Assembly (NCBI GenBank): GCA_043228905.1
Contig: JBHGNT010000009.1
Location: 14,632,001 to 14,696,000, forward strand
Length of the DNA stretch: 64,000 nt
Origin: Azolla caroliniana
Lineage: Eukaryota > Plantae > Polypodiophyta
Direction of reading: 5' to 3'
The translations under genes were made by a program, and so were the position numbers. The notes under the pieces were generated by a model. It did no database searches and was not told where the DNA came from. It worked only from the letters and a program-made list of their open reading frames with translations. Each line of letters begins with the position of its first letter. Positions within the stretch are counted from its first letter, which is position 1. Positions 59,191 through 64,000 of the stretch are shown here, piece by piece.

Positions 59191-59516
59191 TGTTAGGGCT
59201 TGTCCTGCCCCAAGTGTCGAATACAAGTGTATAATGGACGTATTCACACTATCCCTTTGTATAGCTCAAGTTTGGGCCATTTGTGTAATTAGCATAAATG
59301 GTAGTTGCCCTAAGTCGGTCACTATATAAAGTGACCTAGTAACCTTTTTGTAAGGTTGGTTGTATTATTGTTTCTATTGAATAGAAAGAGTCTTGTGTGC
59401 CTCCTCTCTCTCTCTCTCTCTATCTCTGTGCACGATCTTGGAAACTGTCATACGCAGGTACTCAACCCCAATCGAATGCTACTTGATCTTCCGCATTGAC
59501 GGCCTTGTCTTCAACA
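59191..59516 (+). repeat. 5' LTR of an intact-looking copia element
   Basis: TGTT..AACA termini; TATATAAA near 59323; PBS TGGTATCAGAGC at 59519-59530. Confidence 0.88.
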
Positions 59517-60056
59517 TATGGTATCAGAGCATGGTCCCTCAACCCGCTGTCGGCCGTCATCACAGCCTGCACAGTATTCGGCCTTTCGCTTCATCCTAGT
59601 CTGCAAAGCATTCGGTTTCTCGCGTCATTCGAAGAAACAGAGAAGAAAGTAGGCAAACACAAGCTTGAATCTCGCTGCGTTAGATCATCACTCGGAGTAA
59701 GCCAGTCGGCTGTACTCTATTTCCTTGATCGTAACTGCTTGAGGTGGGCTTCCTGCACAACGACGACTTCAAGGACAACCCAGTTCGCGTTTCATTCGAT
59801 TGGACAATAATCGGAAGGACCAGTCGGTTCCATTGCTCTCACCGTTGCAGTCAACCGAAACCGAATCGGCTTGAAGTACTGTCGGATCGCTAAATCTAGG
59901 TTCAACTCGACTAAGACAGTTGTCGGTAGTCAATCCGAACCAAATCCCCGATTCTCCGTAATCAACATCACTTGTGTCCAACTTCGGCTAGAACGACACT
60001 GAGTGGGCCAAACCGCTACACTTCACCAAAGTTCGTAGCCGACTTAGGGCAGAGTC

Positions 60057-63000
60057 ATGACATCAACATCCGGCTCGTCAGAAATGAGTCTACGAAAGTT
60101 CGATGGATCGAACTTCAACTTCTGGAAGGAGCAAATGCAGGACTATCTCATAGTCAAGGGGCAAATCGATCCCATCGAAAGTGAAGCACCTCCAGAAGAA
60201 TACAAACCAATTGAGTGGCAGAAGCTGGACAGAATCGTCCGCGCCACGATTCGGATGCACCTATCGGAATCGGTATACTTTACGGTGCAATCGTGTACGA
60301 CAGCATTCGAACTGTGGAAAACACTGTCGGACACCTACGAAAAGAAGGTCGCTGCAACGAAGATGTTCCTGATCTGGCGCCTCTACAACTTGAGGATGAA
60401 AGAATCAGATTCGGTTCAAGCACATCTCAATGAGTACGAAAGCATAAGCTCCCAAATCTCATCTCAGGGGACGGCAATCGAGGATGAACTCAGAGCAATG
60501 ATACTCATGAGCAGCCTTCCCTCATCATGGGAAACTTTTGTCACAACCGTGTGCAACGCGTCAACCACGACTGTTAAATACTCCGAAGTCACGAGCGCAA
60601 TTCTGACCGAAGCAGCTCGGAGAAAGTCTTTCGCCAAAGACTCAACAGACGATGCTTATGTAGTACAAGGTTCGACAGACCGATCGAACATACGAGGAAG
60701 AGATTCCTCACGGCAGCCGAACAATCAGCGAAGACGGAGCCAGTCACGGGATAATCGAATCTGCAACTATTGCAAGAAACCCGGACACATCAAAGCCGAC
60801 TGCCGCACACTCAAGAACAAGAACGACAAGTCTCAGAAATCAGACAAGAAGAGTGGCCGGCATGAGGAGATCAATTACGTCAGCTTCTCAGCTGATGTGC
60901 TACCAAACGACCCGAATATACTATCAATCGAAAATCCAGTCGGATCAGAAGTTCTGCTCACGACTGAAGAATCGAGCACATGGCTCTTAGATTCGGGCGC
61001 GTCATTTCACGTGACTCCTCATCGATCCCAATTTCGGCAATATACGATCCGTCACTCCGACTCAGTTCGAGTCGGCAACTCGCAACACTGTGACATCATT
61101 GGAATCGGCACAGTAGAGCTCAACCTTGCAGGTGGCTCTACACTTGTACTTCACAATGTCCGACATGTACCCGAGCTCTCAAGGCCATTGATCTCAGTCG
61201 GACAACTAGATGAAGACGGCATTCGTGCCGGTTTTTCTTCGGGAGGGTGGACACTCCACAGGGGGAACCTCCTGCTTGCTAGAGGACCCAAGATACACTC
61301 ACTGTATCCGTTACATGTTACGCTCAGAGAGGGTAACCTGTTTTTGGTGGATATTCCTGTGTCATCACTATGGCACAGAAGATTAGGACACCTCAGCAAG
61401 GCCGGCATTACGCACCTATCTAGAGCCGGATACATCCCTAAACTCTCCTTCTCGGACCATCAATTCTGCGAACATTGCCAGTATGGCAAACAAGCAGCCG
61501 CATCACACCCGACATCAGCACCAAGAGAAACGAGACCTCTCGATTTAGTCCACTCGGACGTCTGTGGCCCAATGCCGCATCAGTCTCTCGGTGGTGCCTC
61601 TTACTTCGTCAGTTTTATTGACGATTCGACTCGAAAGGTGTGGGCTTATCCAATTCGCACCAAAGATCGTGTCTTCTCGATCTTCTCCGATTGGCTCGCT
61701 ATGGTAGAAAATCAAACTGACCGAAAACTGAAATGCTTTCGGACCGACAATGGGGGAGAGTTCAAATCAGAAGAATTCGTCAAATTCTGCCGACAACGCG
61801 GCATCCAACGTGAATTTACGGCACCACACAGTCCGGAGCAAAACGGGATTGCAGAACGCATGAATCGGACAATCCAAGAACGGATAGTTTCCATGCTCCA
61901 ACACTCCGGACTGTCGGATGGCTTCTGGGCAGAGGCTCTACTCACGGCAGTACACATAATCAATATGTCGCCAAGCAGACCTCTAGGACTTCAAATTCCT
62001 CAAGAACTATGGATCGGCAGTAAGCCGAATTACGACAAGCTGAGGATCTTCGGATGCGAGGCGTACGCCCTTATTCCGAAAGATGATCGCCGAAAACTTG
62101 CACCTCGGTCCAGGAAATGCATTTTCCTTGGATATGGATCAGACGGCGAAATGGGATACCGACTCTGGGACCCCGAACGCAGACAAATCGTTCGAAGTTC
62201 GGACGTTGTGTTCAACGAGTCGGCTATGAATCCATCAGTCGAAACACCGATCGAAGTCCGAAGGGTAACATTTTCCGATGTGCCGACCCTTCAAGAAAGC
62301 CCCGCTCTCAACACACGGTCAGCTTCACGGGTAGCTGAACCTTACACTACCGACTCGGACAACTCTGACTCGGCACAGCAGAATAATTCGCTTTCGGACC
62401 GTCCGACCTCGATACCCGATACGACCAGTCCAATCATACCTCGACGATCCGAAAGACTGTCGCAACCTCCGGAGAGGTATTCTCCTGGAATTTTCTTCAC
62501 CGACGCCGGCGAACCGACGTCTTACGAAGAAGCATCGACATCTGTCGATTCAGCCACCTGGCATCTGGCGATGGAGTCGGAAATGCACTCCATTCGGGCA
62601 AACAAGACTTGGGATCTGGTCGAATTACCTAAGAATCGACGTGCTCTTCCTTGCAAGTGGGTCTATCGACTAAAAGAGACGTCTGATTCGACCACCCCAA
62701 AGTACAAGGCCAGATTAGTTGCGAAGGGCTTCCGACAAGAATATGGCGTCGACTTCGACGAGATTTTTTCACCAGTGGTGAAAATGACAACCCTTCGTTT
62801 TCTACTCGGCGTAGTGGCAGCCGACAACTTGGAGCTGATTCAGCTAGATGTCAAAACAGCCTTCCTCCATGGTGATCTTGAAGAGGAAATTTATATGGAG
62901 CAGCCAAAAGGCTTCGTGGCAACTGGCCAAGAACATCTAGTCTGCCGACTCAGGAAGAGTCTATACGGCCTCAAACAGGCACCGCGACAATGGTACAAGA

Positions 63001-64000
63001 AGTTCGACGACTTCATCCAATCGATCGGCTTCTCAAAAAGCGATGAGGACCATTGTCTTTTTACCAACACAGCTCAAGATGGATCACCCATCTTCCTCAT
63101 CATTTACGTGGACGACATGCTAATTTCTGGACGCCATGCGGGCGAACTTGCCGATCTCATTCGGCAATTGCGGTTGAAGTTTGCCATGAAGGACCTCGGT
63201 CCGGCACGACACATACTTGGCATGAAGATTAGTCAGCATCGCGATAAACGACATCTTTTTTTGTCTCAGACCGACTATATCGGACGTGTCTTGGAACGCT
63301 TCAACATGCAATCAGCCAAATCTGCTTCAACCCCGCTCCCCATGAATCTTCGGCTCTCTCAGCGGGACTGCCCGACATCCGGTCCGGAGGGGGAAGATAT
63401 GAAGTCGGTACCGTATGCACCGGCAATCGACTCCCTCATGTACCTGATGGTCGCGACACGGCCTGATATTTCTCATGCCGTAGGAGTCGTTAGCAGATTT
63501 ATGCACAATCCTGGCCGATCGCATTGGAACGCAGTCAAGCATGTGTTCAAATATCTGGCTGGCACAAAAGACCACGGCATTCTTTTCGGTCCGAACTCAA
63601 CCTCAGGCGTAGTCGGTTACACCGACTCGGACTTCGCCGGCTGTATAGACAGTCGGAAATCAACAACTGGATACTGCTTCAAATTCGGCAATGGAGCAAT
63701 TTCGTGGAAGTCGAAACTTCAGGAGTGCACAACGACCTCAACGACCGAAGCAGAATATGTAGCTGCGTCCGACGCTGCAAAAGAAGCTTTGTGGCTCGGC
63801 CGGCTGGCGCACACGTTTCGACAAGTCGACCATGACTCGGCCCCAGTTGTCTATAGCGACAATCAAGGTGTTGTTGCCTTGTCGAAAAATCCGGTTCACC
63901 ACAACGCCTCCAAACATATCGACGTTCGATATCACTTCGTTCGGGACTGCGTCATTTCAGGGAAAATCGGTCTAGAGAAAATATCTACAACCGACAATGT
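60057..64000 (+). CDS. Ty1/copia (Tnt1/Tork-like) Gag-Pol polyprotein, runs off the window end
   Basis: MTSTSGSSEMSLRKFDGSNFNFWKEQM; CNYCKKPGHIKADC; WLLDSGAS; LDLVHSDVCGP; YKARLVAKG; YVDD; YTDSDFAG; first and last codons are in the same frame and the ORF track lists no stop-terminated piece in it. Confidence 0.93.
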   Translation, partial: MTSTSGSSEMSLRKFDGSNFNFWKEQMQDYLIVKGQIDPIESEAPPEEYKPIEWQKLDRIVRATIRMHLSESVYFTVQSCTTAFELWKTLSDTYEKKVAATKMFLIWRLYNLRMKESDSVQAHLNEYESISSQISSQGTAIEDELRAMILMSSLPSSWETFVTTVCNASTTTVKYSEVTSAILTEAARRKSFAKDSTDDAYVVQGSTDRSNIRGRDSSRQPNNQRRRSQSRDNRICNYCKKPGHIKADCRTLKNKNDKSQKSDKKSGRHEEINYVSFSADVLPNDPNILSIENPVGSEVLLTTEESSTWLLDSGASFHVTPHRSQFRQYTIRHSDSVRVGNSQHCDIIGIGTVELNLAGGSTLVLHNVRHVPELSRPLISVGQLDEDGIRAGFSSGGWTLHRGNLLLARGPKIHSLYPLHVTLREGNLFLVDIPVSSLWHRRLGHLSKAGITHLSRAGYIPKLSFSDHQFCEHCQYGKQAAASHPTSAPRETRPLDLVHSDVCGPMPHQSLGGASYFVSFIDDSTRKVWAYPIRTKDRVFSIFSDWLAMVENQTDRKLKCFRTDNGGEFKSEEFVKFCRQRGIQREFTAPHSPEQNGIAERMNRTIQERIVSMLQHSGLSDGFWAEALLTAVHIINMSPSRPLGLQIPQELWIGSKPNYDKLRIFGCEAYALIPKDDRRKLAPRSRKCIFLGYGSDGEMGYRLWDPERRQIVRSSDVVFNESAMNPSVETPIEVRRVTFSDVPTLQESPALNTRSASRVAEPYTTDSDNSDSAQQNNSLSDRPTSIPDTTSPIIPRRSERLSQPPERYSPGIFFTDAGEPTSYEEASTSVDSATWHLAMESEMHSIRANKTWDLVELPKNRRALPCKWVYRLKETSDSTTPKYKARLVAKGFRQEYGVDFDEIFSPVVKMTTLRFLLGVVAADNLELIQLDVKTAFLHGDLEEEIYMEQPKGFVATGQEHLVCRLRKSLYGLKQAPRQWYKKFDDFIQSIGFSKSDEDHCLFTNTAQDGSPIFLIIYVDDMLISGRHAGELADLIRQLRLKFAMKDLGPARHILGMKISQHRDKRHLFLSQTDYIGRVLERFNMQSAKSASTPLPMNLRLSQRDCPTSGPEGEDMKSVPYAPAIDSLMYLMVATRPDISHAVGVVSRFMHNPGRSHWNAVKHVFKYLAGTKDHGILFGPNSTSGVVGYTDSDFAGCIDSRKSTTGYCFKFGNGAISWKSKLQECTTTSTTEAEYVAASDAAKEALWLGRLAHTFRQVDHDSAPVVYSDNQGVVALSKNPVHHNASKHIDVRYHFVRDCVISGKIGLEKISTTDN

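Overview
Gene-free, eukaryotic (most likely early land plant/bryophyte; inferred from element types) island of nested LTR retrotransposons. No host gene is evident. Four element groups can be resolved from LTR termini, TSDs, PBS/PPT and protein motifs. (1) Ty1/copia, Met-primed where the PBS is in the window, including one apparently uninterrupted gag-pol ORF at 60057->64000. (2) Tcn1/Tf1-sushi-like chromoviruses, including a complete young copy at 32308-37996 with apparently identical LTRs. (3) A tRNA-Trp-primed Ty3/gypsy family with 4-bp TSDs. (4) A non-chromovirus Ty3/gypsy family (two copies) with an extra ~950-aa ORF. There is also one small TIR element. The most unusual signals: group 4 has no polypurine tract and instead carries a tRNA-Arg 3'-end mimic ending in CCA right before the 3' LTR (an inward-facing second PBS on the opposite strand); all three diverged chromovirus LTR types carry tRNA-like Pol III A/B boxes at an exact 44-nt offset; the intact chromovirus appears to self-prime like Tf1; two candidate -1 frameshift signals with stimulatory structures are visible. 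tRNA assignments rest on recalled plant tRNA 3' ends and need database confirmation.
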